From the NCBI GenBank assembly GCA_041942055.1, contig CP145874.1, forward strand, positions 1 through 32,000: a stretch of DNA of 32,000 bases, in the 5' to 3' direction. The position numbers and the translations under genes are program-made. Shown here one piece after another: positions 10,130 through 19,520 of the stretch. The notes under the pieces are model-generated. The model made no database searches and was not told where the DNA came from. It saw only the letters and a list, made by a program, of their open reading frames with translations. Origin of the DNA: Candidatus Saccharimonadota bacterium (lineage in GTDB: Bacteria > Pseudomonadota > Gammaproteobacteria > Enterobacterales > Enterobacteriaceae). The stretch's first letter is position 1, and every line of letters begins with the position of its first letter.

Positions 10130-11356
10130 ATGAAAAGAGCATTTATAATAGTATTAGACTCTTTTGGAATTGGATATACTCAAGATGCTGATCAGTTTGG
10201 AGATGTTGGAGCTGATACCCTAGGACATATTGCTGAAGCATGTATTAAAGGTCAAGCTAATACCAAAAACCGTCGAGGTTCATTACAATTACCACATCTT
10301 ACCGCATTAGGACTGGCAAAAGCTGCACAACAATCTACAGGCAATTTCCCTCCAGGTCTTAATAAAAATACCCCGATTATGGGATGTTATAGTTACGCAA
10401 AAGAAATGTCTTTTAGTAAAGATAGTCCTACAGGACATTGGGAAATAGCTGGAGTCCCTGTTCTTTTTAAATGGGATTATTTTACTAAAAAAATTCATAG
10501 TTTTCCTAATAAATTACTAGATAAAATTATTGAACGTGCACAATTATCAGGATATTTAGGTAATTGTCATGCTTCTGGAACTATCATTATAGATGATCTT
10601 GGAGAAGAACATATAAAAACTACCAAACCTATCTTTTATACTTCAACTGATTCGGTTTTTCAAATTGCTTGTAATGAAGAGCTATTTGGGCTTGATAGTT
10701 TATATAAATTATGTACTATTACCCGAAAAATTCTTAATGAAGAAGGTTATAAAATTTGTAGGGTAATAGCACGTCCCTTTACTGGCACTAAAAAAGGCTC
10801 TTTTAAGCGTACTCCAAATCGTTATGATTTAACGCTACCACCACCAGCCCCAACTCTTTTAAATAAATTAGTTGATGAAAAAGGAGGGAATGTTATTTCT
10901 ATTGGAAAAGTAGCTGATCTTTATGCACATTCTGGGATTACTAGAACAGTGAAAGCGGCGGGGTTAGAAGAACTATTTAAAGTGACTATGCAAGAAATAA
11001 GTAGAGCTGTTGATAACACTCTAGTTTTTGCTAATTTTGTAGATTTTGATTCATTGTGGGGACATAGACGCGATGTAGCAGGTTATGCTACAGGATTAGA
11101 ACTATTTGATAGGCATGTACCAGAACTACTATCTATAATTAAAAAAAATGACCTTTTAATTATTACTGCTGATCATGGTTGTGACCCCACTTGGCATGGA
11201 AATGATCATACCCGCGAACATATTCCTGTGCTTCTCTATAGTCCAATAATATCTTCAGGTTTTTTAGGACCACGTGAAACCTTTGCAGATATTAGTCAAA
11301 CCATAGCCAAATATTTTGGCTTAACTAATATGGATTATGGTAAAAGTATGGTGTAA
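10130..11356 (+). CDS. deoB: phosphopentomutase
   Basis: [38 protein letters not shown]-like [22 protein letters not shown] and [10 protein letters not shown] are collinear with E. coli DeoB. Confidence 0.97.
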   Translation: MKRAFIIVLDSFGIGYTQDADQFGDVGADTLGHIAEACIKGQANTKNRRGSLQLPHLTALGLAKAAQQSTGNFPPGLNKNTPIMGCYSYAKEMSFSKDSPTGHWEIAGVPVLFKWDYFTKKIHSFPNKLLDKIIERAQLSGYLGNCHASGTIIIDDLGEEHIKTTKPIFYTSTDSVFQIACNEELFGLDSLYKLCTITRKILNEEGYKICRVIARPFTGTKKGSFKRTPNRYDLTLPPPAPTLLNKLVDEKGGNVISIGKVADLYAHSGITRTVKAAGLEELFKVTMQEISRAVDNTLVFANFVDFDSLWGHRRDVAGYATGLELFDRHVPELLSIIKKNDLLIITADHGCDPTWHGNDHTREHIPVLLYSPIISSGFLGPRETFADISQTIAKYFGLTNMDYGKSMV

Positions 11357-11391
11357 GTAATAATAAATAAATTTTTATATAGGATAGATTA

Positions 11392-12135
11392 ATGATTACA
11401 CCACATATTAATGCTAAAAAGGGAGATTTTGCTGAAACAATACTAATTTCTGGTGATCCATTGAGGGCAAAATATATTGCGGAAAATTTTCTAGATGATC
11501 ATTGGGAAGTAAATACTATAAGAGGTATGTTAGGTTATACAGGAATTTATAAAAATAAATATATATCAGTCATGGGACATGGAATAGGTATTCCCTCATG
11601 TTCTCTGTATGCTAAAGAACTCATTACAGAATACGGAGTTAAGAACCTTATTAGGGTTGGTTCTTGTGGAACTATATTACAAGAAATTAAACTTCGTGAT
11701 ATTATTATTGGTATGGGAGCTTGTACTGATTCAAAGGTTAATAGGATTAAGTTTAATGGATATGATTTTTCTGCAATAGCAGATTTTCATTTAACATGTA
11801 CTGCTGTTGAGGCAGCTAATCAATTAGGATTTACTGTACATATTGGTAATCTTTTTACTACTGATCTATTTTATCCTACAGATACTAATCTATTTCATCT
11901 TATGGAAAAGTATAGAATACTGGGTATAGAAATGGAAACGGCAGGACTATATTCTATTGCAGCAGAATATAATGTTAAAGCATTAACTATTTGTACGGTA
12001 TCAGATCATTTTCATTTTCCTGATAAGAGTTTAACTGTAGAAGATAGACAATCCTCATTTAATGAAATGATACAAATTGCTTTGCATTCGATCGTATTAT
12101 TCGATCATAAAAATACCTTAAAATCTAAGTTTTAA
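11392..12135 (+). CDS. deoD: purine nucleoside phosphorylase (DeoD type)
   Basis: [41 protein letters not shown] and [10 protein letters not shown] match E. coli DeoD. The gene follows deoB, as in the deo operon. Confidence 0.97.
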   Translation: MITPHINAKKGDFAETILISGDPLRAKYIAENFLDDHWEVNTIRGMLGYTGIYKNKYISVMGHGIGIPSCSLYAKELITEYGVKNLIRVGSCGTILQEIKLRDIIIGMGACTDSKVNRIKFNGYDFSAIADFHLTCTAVEAANQLGFTVHIGNLFTTDLFYPTDTNLFHLMEKYRILGIEMETAGLYSIAAEYNVKALTICTVSDHFHFPDKSLTVEDRQSSFNEMIQIALHSIVLFDHKNTLKSKF

Positions 12136-12148
12136 TATTTCAAAAATA

Positions 12149-13531
12149 GTGAAAGTAAAATACCTATTTATTTGTAAGAAATGTAATATAACTTATTCCC
12201 GTTGGAAAGGACAGTGTAATTGCTGTAAGCAGTGGAATACTATTATTGAAATGCCATTTACTACTAATAAATGGCATCACAATATAAATCAATCTTCTGC
12301 CGATGATTCTAATCAGATACAACCCCTTTCACTAATAACTTTAGAAGAATTTCCTCGCTTTTCAACGGGATTTAAAGAATTTGATCGAGTACTTGGCGGA
12401 GGCATAGTATCCGGAAGTACAATCTTAATTGGAGGTAATCCAGGAACAGGTAAAAGTACTCTTTTATTACAAACTCTTTGTAACTTATCTAATAAAATGA
12501 AAGCTATTTATGTAACTGGAGAAGAATCACTGAATCAGGTGGCTTTGCGAGCTCATCGATTGAATTTGTCAAAATTTAATGTATACATGTTATCTACAAC
12601 TAGCATAGAACAAATTTGTCGGGTTGCAGAACAAGAACAACCTTCAATAATTGTTATTGATTCTATTCAAGTAATGCATATAACTAATGTACGATCCTCT
12701 CCAGGAAGTGTAGGTCAGGTACGTGAAATTGCTGCTTATCTTACCCAATTTGCTAAAAAAAATCTTATAACCATTATTATTGTTGGTCATGTTACTAAAG
12801 ATGGAATTTTAGCTGGACCAAAAGTATTAGAACATTGTATAGATTGTTCACTGTTCCTAGATGCAACTGTAGAATCTAATTTTAGAATTTTACGAAGTCA
12901 CAAAAATAGATTTGGAGCAATAAATGAATTAGGTATTTTTTCTATGACAGAACAGGGTTTAACTGAAGTAAATAATCCCTCAGCTATTTTTATTAACCGT
13001 CGTGATAAAATCACTACTGGTAGTGCTATTATGGCAATATGGGAAGGAACGAGGCCTTTACTAGTTGAAATTCAGGTATTAGTAGATCATACAATAATTC
13101 TTGGCCATCCAAAAAGAGTAGTTGTAGGATTAGACCACAATAGGCTAACTATATTACTTGCAGTATTACATCGGCATGGTGGTGTACAAATTAGTGATCT
13201 AGATATTTTTGTTAATGTAGTTGGAGGAGTAAAAGTTACAGAAACTAGTGTAGATCTAGCTTTATTACTTGCTATAATTTCTAGTCTACGGAATATACCT
13301 ATTCCTATAGATATAGTAATTTTTGGAGAAGTAGGTCTATCTGGTGAAATTAGACCCGTTCCTAGTAGTCATGCACGAATAGTGGAAGCGGCAAAACATG
13401 GTTTCCGTCGAGCTATAGTACCAATATCAAATTTTTCTAAAGATCTAATAGATAATATTACTGTATTTGGAGTAAAAAATATCATCGATGCATTAGTATT
13501 ATTAGCAAAAATTTGGGGAATCTCTAATTAA
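12149..13531 (+). CDS. radA: DNA repair protein RadA (Sms)
   Basis: A GTG start is followed by the N-terminal zinc finger CKKCNITYSRWKGQCNCCKQWNT, the Walker A motif GGNPGTGKSTLLLQ, the KNRFG motif and a C-terminal Lon-like domain. Confidence 0.96.
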   Translation: MKVKYLFICKKCNITYSRWKGQCNCCKQWNTIIEMPFTTNKWHHNINQSSADDSNQIQPLSLITLEEFPRFSTGFKEFDRVLGGGIVSGSTILIGGNPGTGKSTLLLQTLCNLSNKMKAIYVTGEESLNQVALRAHRLNLSKFNVYMLSTTSIEQICRVAEQEQPSIIVIDSIQVMHITNVRSSPGSVGQVREIAAYLTQFAKKNLITIIIVGHVTKDGILAGPKVLEHCIDCSLFLDATVESNFRILRSHKNRFGAINELGIFSMTEQGLTEVNNPSAIFINRRDKITTGSAIMAIWEGTRPLLVEIQVLVDHTIILGHPKRVVVGLDHNRLTILLAVLHRHGGVQISDLDIFVNVVGGVKVTETSVDLALLLAIISSLRNIPIPIDIVIFGEVGLSGEIRPVPSSHARIVEAAKHGFRRAIVPISNFSKDLIDNITVFGVKNIIDALVLLAKIWGISN

Positions 13532-13568
13532 AACTAATATTCCAATTGGAAACTATGGAGGATGAATT

Positions 13569-14471
13569 GTGCACCGTACAGACTTAAATTTACTAATAGT
13601 TTTAGATATTTTACTAGAAGTATGTAGTGTTAGTAAAACCGCTAAAAAACTAAACGTAACACCACCTGCTATCAGTAAATCTTTAAATAAAATTAGAGAG
13701 ACTTTTCAAGATCAAATTTTAGTACGTTCCGGATCTAAATTAATATTAACTCCTCTAGCTTTTCAACTTAAGCCACAAATTCGACACATCATTAATAATA
13801 TAAGGAATATATTATATCAAAATCTTACTTTTAGAGTAGGCAAAAAATCGTTACTATTTAACATAGTATCAAATGACCTTTTGATTTCAATATTAAGCTA
13901 CCATTTCATTAGTAAAATTGAACCAGATGAACCTAAGATTTTAATTGAATTTAAATATGATAATTTGTCGGAAAATTTTTTACGCCAAGACAATCTAGAT
14001 TTATATATTGGTGAATCACGAGATCTGAGTCCAGAAATAAAAATTAGAACAGTATATCGTGATAATTGTTTAATTATTGCTAATAAGCAACATGAAATAC
14101 TTAAAAAAAATAAAAACATCCATAATTTAAGCCATTATAATTTTATAAGTACCAAAGGAAAATTAAATACAATTATTGATCAAATTTTTATTGCTAAAGG
14201 CTATCAACGAAAAGTAATTGGTATTAATCCAAGTTATTTTTCTACTCTTGAAACAATAATAAATACCGATTGTCTAGCTGTAATACCAATATTTTTTGCT
14301 GATACTATCAACCGACTAAAAATTGAAATTGCTACTTTTGAACCTGAAATGATTTTACCACCAATTAGCTTCATACAAGCATGGCATCCTAGAAATGATA
14401 ATTCTCCTGCTCATAAATGGTTAAGAGATCACACACTCAAGTTTTTTCAAAACCAACCGGTAAGAAACTAA
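13569..14471 (+). CDS. LysR-family transcriptional regulator (LeuO/NodD/YidZ-like subfamily, target unknown)
   Basis: The GTG start has a GGAGG SD 7 nt upstream. The N-terminal wHTH reads DLNLLIVLDILLEVCSVSKTAKKLNVTPPAISKSLNKIRETFQDQILVRSG, and the C-terminal signature is WHPRNDNSPAHKWLRDH. There is no E. coli orthologue at this position, where nadR follows radA. Confidence 0.8.
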   Translation: MHRTDLNLLIVLDILLEVCSVSKTAKKLNVTPPAISKSLNKIRETFQDQILVRSGSKLILTPLAFQLKPQIRHIINNIRNILYQNLTFRVGKKSLLFNIVSNDLLISILSYHFISKIEPDEPKILIEFKYDNLSENFLRQDNLDLYIGESRDLSPEIKIRTVYRDNCLIIANKQHEILKKNKNIHNLSHYNFISTKGKLNTIIDQIFIAKGYQRKVIGINPSYFSTLETIINTDCLAVIPIFFADTINRLKIEIATFEPEMILPPISFIQAWHPRNDNSPAHKWLRDHTLKFFQNQPVRN

Positions 14472-14496
14472 TTACCTAACCACAATAGAATTATTA

Positions 14497-15441
14497 TTAT
14501 AACCAATTTCTATATTTAAAATATGCATAAGGAGCAAGTCCAGTAAGAATCATAGCTATTAGAGCTAAAGGATAACCAAAAATCCATTTAAGTTCAGGCA
14601 TGAATTGAAAATTCATACCATAGCTTGAAGCAACTAACGTTGGTGGTAGAAAGATAACCGAAACTACCGAAAAAATTTTTATTATTCTATTTTGTTCAAT
14701 ATTAATAAATCCCATAGCAGCTTGCATTAAAAAATTTACTTTTTGAATTAAAGATTCATTATGTGGTAATAAAGATTCTATATCCCGTAATATTTCTCGT
14801 GCAGGCTCTAATTGTTTAATAGGTAAGCGATGTTTTCGTACTAAAAAGTTTAGTGCTCGTTGAGTATCCATTAAACATAAACGAACTTTCCAAACAATAT
14901 CTTCTAATTCAGCTAACGTTGAAAGTGCTTCATTACATTGCTCATCTTGATGACCTTCCATAATTACACGGCTTAGTTTTTCTAAATCACTATAAATACT
15001 TTCAATTTCATCTGCTAATTGTTCTATTTTAGTTTCAAATAGATCTAACATTATCTCAAAAGCATTGCCATCAATTAAAAATTGACTACGTGCACGCATC
15101 CGAAAAAGTCTAAATGCTGGTAATTCGCGATCGCGTAAGGTATACAATCTTCCATCACGCATAGTAAATGCAACTGTAGCATTTCCTGCATGATCTTCAG
15201 CATCTTCATAAAAGAAAAAAGAATGGATATGTAATCCATCTTTATCTTCAAAAAAACGTGCAGAAGCCTCTATATCTTCTAACTCCGGACGTGTTGCTAA
15301 ACTTTGTCCTAAGATATTCTGTACTTGTTCTCGCTCATTTAATTCGGGTTCAATTAGATCGACCCAAATAGAATTAACTAAATCTTGTTCTAGCTCAATA
15401 CGTGTTAAAAACTTATTACTTAATTTATATGCGTTAAGCAT
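14497..15441 (-). CDS. corA: magnesium/cobalt transport protein CorA
   Basis: The ORF is very close to E. coli CorA ([30 protein letters not shown], the YGMNF pore motif, and the C-terminal KYRNWL). The ORF-track start at 15447 is a TTG. The ATG at 15441 gives MLNAYKL, which aligns with E. coli MLSAFQL. Confidence 0.97.
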   Translation of the reverse strand: MLNAYKLSNKFLTRIELEQDLVNSIWVDLIEPELNEREQVQNILGQSLATRPELEDIEASARFFEDKDGLHIHSFFFYEDAEDHAGNATVAFTMRDGRLYTLRDRELPAFRLFRMRARSQFLIDGNAFEIMLDLFETKIEQLADEIESIYSDLEKLSRVIMEGHQDEQCNEALSTLAELEDIVWKVRLCLMDTQRALNFLVRKHRLPIKQLEPAREILRDIESLLPHNESLIQKVNFLMQAAMGFINIEQNRIIKIFSVVSVIFLPPTLVASSYGMNFQFMPELKWIFGYPLALIAMILTGLAPYAYFKYRNWL

Positions 15442-15624
15442 AGCCAAAATCTCTAAATACTTTTATGTATAAATAGAGTAACAAAAATTCAATCCAAATT
15501 CCAATTTTACGAACTTCCGAACATTTATTTTTTGATCTATATTGATTAGAATGCTATTACTAAATACATTTAGTGTAAGTGAGAAGCATTATTGCGATAT
15601 AAAAAACCAACTAATGAATGAAAA

Positions 15625-15645
15625 TGCGGACCTTCCATGTCCGCA
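15625..15645 (-). terminator. rho-independent terminator downstream of the OmpA-like/YsnF-like gene pair
   Basis: The minus-sense sequence is UGCGGAC-AUGGAAG-GUCCGCA followed directly by UUUUCAUUCAUU. The stem is 7 bp and GC-rich, which is conspicuous in this AT-rich DNA. It sits 46 nt after the stop codon at 15691. Confidence 0.55.
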
Positions 15646-15690
15646 AACGATTTATATTATTTGATATCTCTGATTGCAATATAATAATTA

Positions 15691-16485
15691 TTAACATTTA
15701 TCTTTCTTATTATCATGTTCAATTTTTACTTCCTGTTTACGTACAGTATCATGAATTTTCTGTATACGATCTCTTCCTTCTTTACGTACAATTATTTCTT
15801 CCACAATATGGGCAGTTTTATTAACAACTGGTTGTTCACTAGTTTCAGTAATTTCTACGACAGTATCAGACCAATCAAATTTATCGGGGCATTGATCTTT
15901 GTTAATAATAGAACGTCTAAAAATAGCCGCATGTTCTTCATGAAGAGGTACTTCAACTTCAACGTCTTTTTCAGTTACAAAACGTCGAACGCGTGTAGAA
16001 CCTTCTTTAATAAGTTTCTTACCAATTTCTAATTGCTCTTCTGCTAATGGTAAAATATCCTCAGTCGAAATACATTGATCCTGATGGTTTTCTGAAGATT
16101 GGCATTTAGTAGTATCGGATTGATGATATTGACTATCATGTTTATCTGTTGTACATGTAGGAGTTTGTGATACATCCATCATTTGATGAGCATTAAGAAT
16201 CTCCATAGCTCTAGGAGTATCTTCTTCATTACTACGCAAAATCAAAATAACTCCTCCTGTTTCTACTGCCTGAGCATAGACTTTAGATTCTTCTTCCGTT
16301 AAACCCTTACCGAATAAACGGTGCCAAATATCATCTTGATGAGATAAAATATTTGCTGATCTTAACTGATTATCATCAATTAAACTAATATCATCTATAC
16401 TAAAACCGGCTTGTAGTAAGTTATTTTTTGCAGATTCCGCATGTTCTGCATTATCAAATAACGTAACTATTTTTTCATAGCTCAT
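15691..16485 (-). CDS. YsnF/AvaK (DUF2382) domain protein with an N-terminal stress-protein-like domain; function unknown
   Basis: The 264-aa ORF has an AAGAGGA SD. The C-terminal half shows the DUF2382 pattern (PLAEEQLEIGKKLIKEGSTRVRRFVTEKDVEVEVPLHEEHAAIFRR ... VEITETSEQPVVNKTAHIVEEIIVRKEGRDRIQKIHDTVRKQEVKIE). The N-terminus (IVTLFDNAEHAESAKNNLLQAGF...) resembles the domain found in general-stress YflT/YsnF-type proteins. The domain assignment rests on pattern recognition and has not been searched. Confidence 0.7.
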   Translation of the reverse strand: MSYEKIVTLFDNAEHAESAKNNLLQAGFSIDDISLIDDNQLRSANILSHQDDIWHRLFGKGLTEEESKVYAQAVETGGVILILRSNEEDTPRAMEILNAHQMMDVSQTPTCTTDKHDSQYHQSDTTKCQSSENHQDQCISTEDILPLAEEQLEIGKKLIKEGSTRVRRFVTEKDVEVEVPLHEEHAAIFRRSIINKDQCPDKFDWSDTVVEITETSEQPVVNKTAHIVEEIIVRKEGRDRIQKIHDTVRKQEVKIEHDNKKDKC

Positions 16486-16520
16486 TATTAAATCCTCTTA
16501 AATAACATTGTATCTAAATT

Positions 16521-17192
16521 TTATGAGTTGATTTGTTTTTCTATTATCCTTATAGATACTCTACGATTTTTTGCACGTCCTTCTGTAGTATCATTAGAAG
16601 CTATAGGATGTGTTTCTCCATAACCTTCTGTAACTAAACGTTCTGATGGAATATTTAATTTAATTAACTCGTTTTTAATTTCCTCAGCTCTTGCTTGGGA
16701 TAGAATTTGATTTTGTTCTATACTACCGATGTTATCGGTATAACCGCCTATTTTAATTTTTACATTTGGATAGGCTTTCAAGATAGCTGCAACCTTATTA
16801 AGCTGCATTTGAGCATTTATTTGAGGATTCTTCTCACCGCTATCAAAAAAGATTTGATCCAGATCAAACCACATATAATTAGAAGATATTTTCCATGGAT
16901 CTTTAATAAACGTAAGGAGTTTCATTTCAATACTGTCATCACGTATATTAATAGATGTGCCATCAGGTAATAGAACGCTATTAGTAGTATTGGTTGTAAA
17001 TGGAGAGGTATGTGATGTAGGAATATAATTATTATTATTATATTCCTTTTCATCTGAATGATGAAAATACCATAAGATCATTAATATTAATATTAATAAA
17101 GGTATTAACCACCAAAGTAAATTTTTACGTTTCTTTATTATCTCTTGTGCAAGAATGGGGTTACAACTGTTTTTATGTCTATTAGGTAACAT
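16521..17192 (-). CDS. OmpA-family (OmpA_C peptidoglycan-binding domain) protein with a single N-terminal TM anchor
   Basis: The 223-aa ORF has an AAGAGG SD. It has a TM helix LLWWLIPLLILILMILWYF and a C-terminal OmpA-like domain, IKIGGYTDNIGSIEQNQILSQARAEEIKNELIKLNIPSERLVTEGYGETHPIASNDTTEGRAKNRRVSIRI. Its stop lies 35 bp upstream of the YsnF-like gene, so the two are probably an operon. Confidence 0.75.
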   Translation of the reverse strand: MLPNRHKNSCNPILAQEIIKKRKNLLWWLIPLLILILMILWYFHHSDEKEYNNNNYIPTSHTSPFTTNTTNSVLLPDGTSINIRDDSIEMKLLTFIKDPWKISSNYMWFDLDQIFFDSGEKNPQINAQMQLNKVAAILKAYPNVKIKIGGYTDNIGSIEQNQILSQARAEEIKNELIKLNIPSERLVTEGYGETHPIASNDTTEGRAKNRRVSIRIIEKQINS

Positions 17193-17318
17193 ACTTATAC
17201 CTCTTTTATTTAAATCGATTAATTACAACTATAGTTTTTTTTTAAAAAAATGCCACTAATAAAAAGTCTAGAATAATTAATCTAAAAGTAAAAAGAGAGT
17301 ATAAAACCATATAAAAAG

Positions 17319-17395
17319 TGGTCGGCGAGAGAGGATTTGAACCTCCGACCAACTGGTCCCAAACCAGTTGCGCTACCAAGCTGCGCTACTCGCCG
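17319..17395 (-). tRNA. proM: tRNA-Pro (anticodon UGG), 3' CCA encoded
   Basis: The reverse complement CGGCGAGTAGCGCAGCTTGGTAGCGCAACTGGTTTGGGACCAGTTGGTCGGAGGTTCAAATCCTCTCTCGCCGACCA is nearly identical to E. coli proM. The anticodon loop is TT-TGG-GA. Confidence 0.96.
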
Positions 17396-17409
17396 CCTAA
17401 ATTATTAAG

Positions 17410-17499
17410 TGCAAAGAGAGGGATTTGAACCCTCACATCCCTTTAATTAGGATACTAGCTCCTGAAACTAGTGCGTCTACCATATTCCGCCATCTTCGC
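17410..17499 (-). tRNA. leuT: tRNA-Leu (anticodon CAG), long variable arm, no encoded CCA
   Basis: The reverse complement is GCGAAGATGGCGGAATATGGTAGACGCACTAGTTTCAGGAGCTAGT...GGGTTCAAATCCCTCTCTTTGCA. The anticodon loop is TT-CAG-GA. The discriminator A is followed by CTT, not CCA. Confidence 0.95.
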
Positions 17500-17511
17500 A
17501 AAAAATCTGGA

Positions 17512-17587
17512 GGGGTGGCTAATGGGATTTGAACCCATGACGACTGGAACCACAATCCAGGGCTCTACCAACTGAGCTATAGCCACC
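17512..17587 (-). tRNA. hisR: tRNA-His (anticodon GUG) with G-1; the 3' end is encoded as CCT rather than CCA
   Basis: The reverse complement is GGTGGCTATAGCTCAGTTGGTAGAGCCCTGGATTGTGGTTCCAGTCGTCATGGGTTCAAATCCCATTAGCCACCCC. The anticodon loop is TT-GTG-GT. An extra 5' G pairs with C73. Confidence 0.95.
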
Positions 17588-17610
17588 ACTACTATGGATA
17601 TGTGCTACTA

Positions 17611-17684
<74 letters not shown>

Positions 17685-17780
17685 TAATAATCAGTCAGTA
17701 TTTAGTAGCTAATTAATTAAATCCTACGAATTTGCTTTAATACTGTCTAGTAATTTTTCCAATTAATTTGGAGATATGAG

Positions 17781-19040
17781 TTAATATCGTTTCATCATCT
17801 TGAAGAATTCATCATTAGTTTTAGTCATTGATAACTTATTTATAAGGAATTCCATTCCATCAATTTCACTCATGGGATGTAAAATTTTTCTTAATATCCA
17901 CATTTTTTGCAGTTCATCTGGTGAAGTAAGTAATTCTTCTTTACGTGTTCCTGAACGATTATAATCGATAGCGGGAAAAACTCTTTTTTCGGCAATTTTT
18001 CTGGCTAAATGTAATTCCATATTACCAGTACCTTTAAATTCTTCGTAGATTACTTCATCCATTTTGGAGCCAGTATCAATCAAAGCAGTTGCTATAATTG
18101 TTAAACTCCCTCCTTCTTCTACATTTCGAGCGGCTCCGAAAAATCTTTTGGGTCTATGAAGAGCATGAGCATCTACTCCTCCAGTTAATACTTTTCCTGA
18201 CGAAGGTACTACGGTATTATAAGCTCTGGCTAAACGTGTTATTGAATCTAACAAAATAATAACATCTTTTTTATGTTCAACTAAACGCTTGGCTTTTTCA
18301 ATTACCATTTCAGCAATTTGAACATGTCGTGTAGCAGGTTCATCAAAAGTAGAAGCCATTACATCTCCTTTAACTAATCGATGCATTTCTGTCACTTCTT
18401 CAGGACGTTCATCAATAAGTAATACCATTAAAAAACAATCTTGGTAATTAGAAGCAATACTTTGTGCAATATTTTGCATAAGCATAGTTTTACCAGCTTT
18501 TGGAGGTGCTACAATCAAGCCTCTTTGTCCACATCCTATTGGTGATGCGAGATCTAATACACGACCAGTTAAATCTTCTGTAGAACCATTACCCCTTTCC
18601 ATACGTAATCTTTTATTTGCATGGAGTGGTGTTAAGTTTTCAAATAATATTTTATTACGAGTATCTTCTGGATTATCATAGTTAACTGTATTTACTTTTA
18701 AAAGGGCGAAATAACGTTCTCCTTCCTTTGGAGGACGAATTTTACCCGCAACAGTATCGCCAGTGCGAAGACTAAATCGTCTGATTTGACTAGGAGATAC
18801 ATAAATGTCATCTGATCCTGCTAGATATGAACTATTTACAGACCTCAGAAAACCAAAACCGTCGTGTAAAATTTCTAGCACTCCATAACCAAATATATCT
18901 TCCCCATTTCTTGCACGGTGTTTAAGAATGGAAAAGATTATATCCTGTCTACGTATACGTGCTAAATTTTCTAGTCCTATACTTTCACCTAAAACAATCA
19001 GTTCAGAGATAGTCTTATTTTTTAATTCGGTAAGATTCAT
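17781..19040 (-). CDS. rho: transcription termination factor Rho
   Basis: The 419-aa ORF is nearly identical to E. coli Rho ([15 protein letters not shown], the Walker A motif [20 protein letters not shown], and the C-terminal FFKMMKR). Confidence 0.98.
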   Translation of the reverse strand: MNLTELKNKTISELIVLGESIGLENLARIRRQDIIFSILKHRARNGEDIFGYGVLEILHDGFGFLRSVNSSYLAGSDDIYVSPSQIRRFSLRTGDTVAGKIRPPKEGERYFALLKVNTVNYDNPEDTRNKILFENLTPLHANKRLRMERGNGSTEDLTGRVLDLASPIGCGQRGLIVAPPKAGKTMLMQNIAQSIASNYQDCFLMVLLIDERPEEVTEMHRLVKGDVMASTFDEPATRHVQIAEMVIEKAKRLVEHKKDVIILLDSITRLARAYNTVVPSSGKVLTGGVDAHALHRPKRFFGAARNVEEGGSLTIIATALIDTGSKMDEVIYEEFKGTGNMELHLARKIAEKRVFPAIDYNRSGTRKEELLTSPDELQKMWILRKILHPMSEIDGMEFLINKLSMTKTNDEFFKMMKRY

Positions 19041-19187
19041 AATGGTAGGTTCTTTATCTTTAAGTCGCAGTATAAAAAGAAGTTATTTATATGGTATAAG
19101 CACTTGTTATATGGTTTATTTTTAGTAACTTTCATCAATTCTATGTATGAATATATAATTGTATTAAAGATGATTTTTTCATACTAA

Positions 19188-19520
19188 TTACTCTGTTAAG
19201 ATTGGTGCTAAAAAATCTTTGATTTGTCCTTTAGATAAACTACCAACTTTGCTAGCAACTACTTTACCATTTTTAAAAACTAATAAAGTTGGAATTCCAC
19301 GAATTCCATATTTTTTCGCCGTATTAGGATTATTATCTACATTTAATTTCGCTACCTTAAGCTCACCCAAATATTCTTCCGCTATTTCGTCTAAAATCGG
19401 TGCAAGTACCTTGCAAGGTCCACACCATTCCGTCCAAAAATCAACTAGTGTCACTAGATCTACTTTTAATATATATTCTTCAAAATTATCATCGGTTAAA
19501 TAAATAATTTTATCACTCAT
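19188..19520 (-). CDS. trxA: thioredoxin 1
   Basis: [15 protein letters not shown]...[14 protein letters not shown]...[14 protein letters not shown] aligns with E. coli TrxA from Met1. I use the internal ATG at 19520, which has a GGAG SD 8-9 nt upstream. The ORF-track start at 19556 would add 12 hydrophobic residues with no homologue. Confidence 0.96.
   Translation of the reverse strand: MSDKIIYLTDDNFEEYILKVDLVTLVDFWTEWCGPCKVLAPILDEIAEEYLGELKVAKLNVDNNPNTAKKYGIRGIPTLLVFKNGKVVASKVGSLSKGQIKDFLAPILTE

Noticed and set aside
10089-10133. A 14-codon upstream ORF ([14 protein letters not shown]) whose TGA overlaps the deoB ATG (ATGA). It could be a leader peptide or a relic of the deoA C-terminus.
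   Set aside because: There is no convincing similarity to the DeoA C-terminus (…PTVYRRISE) and no SD. The overlap could be coincidental, so I cannot support it from sequence alone.
17235-17250. A T9A7 self-complementary homopolymer junction upstream of the OmpA-like gene, and an A13 run (24232-24244) just after the secA stop.
   Set aside because: These are simple homopolymers of the kind expected in very AT-rich intergenic DNA. No flanking stem or conserved motif suggests a specific function.
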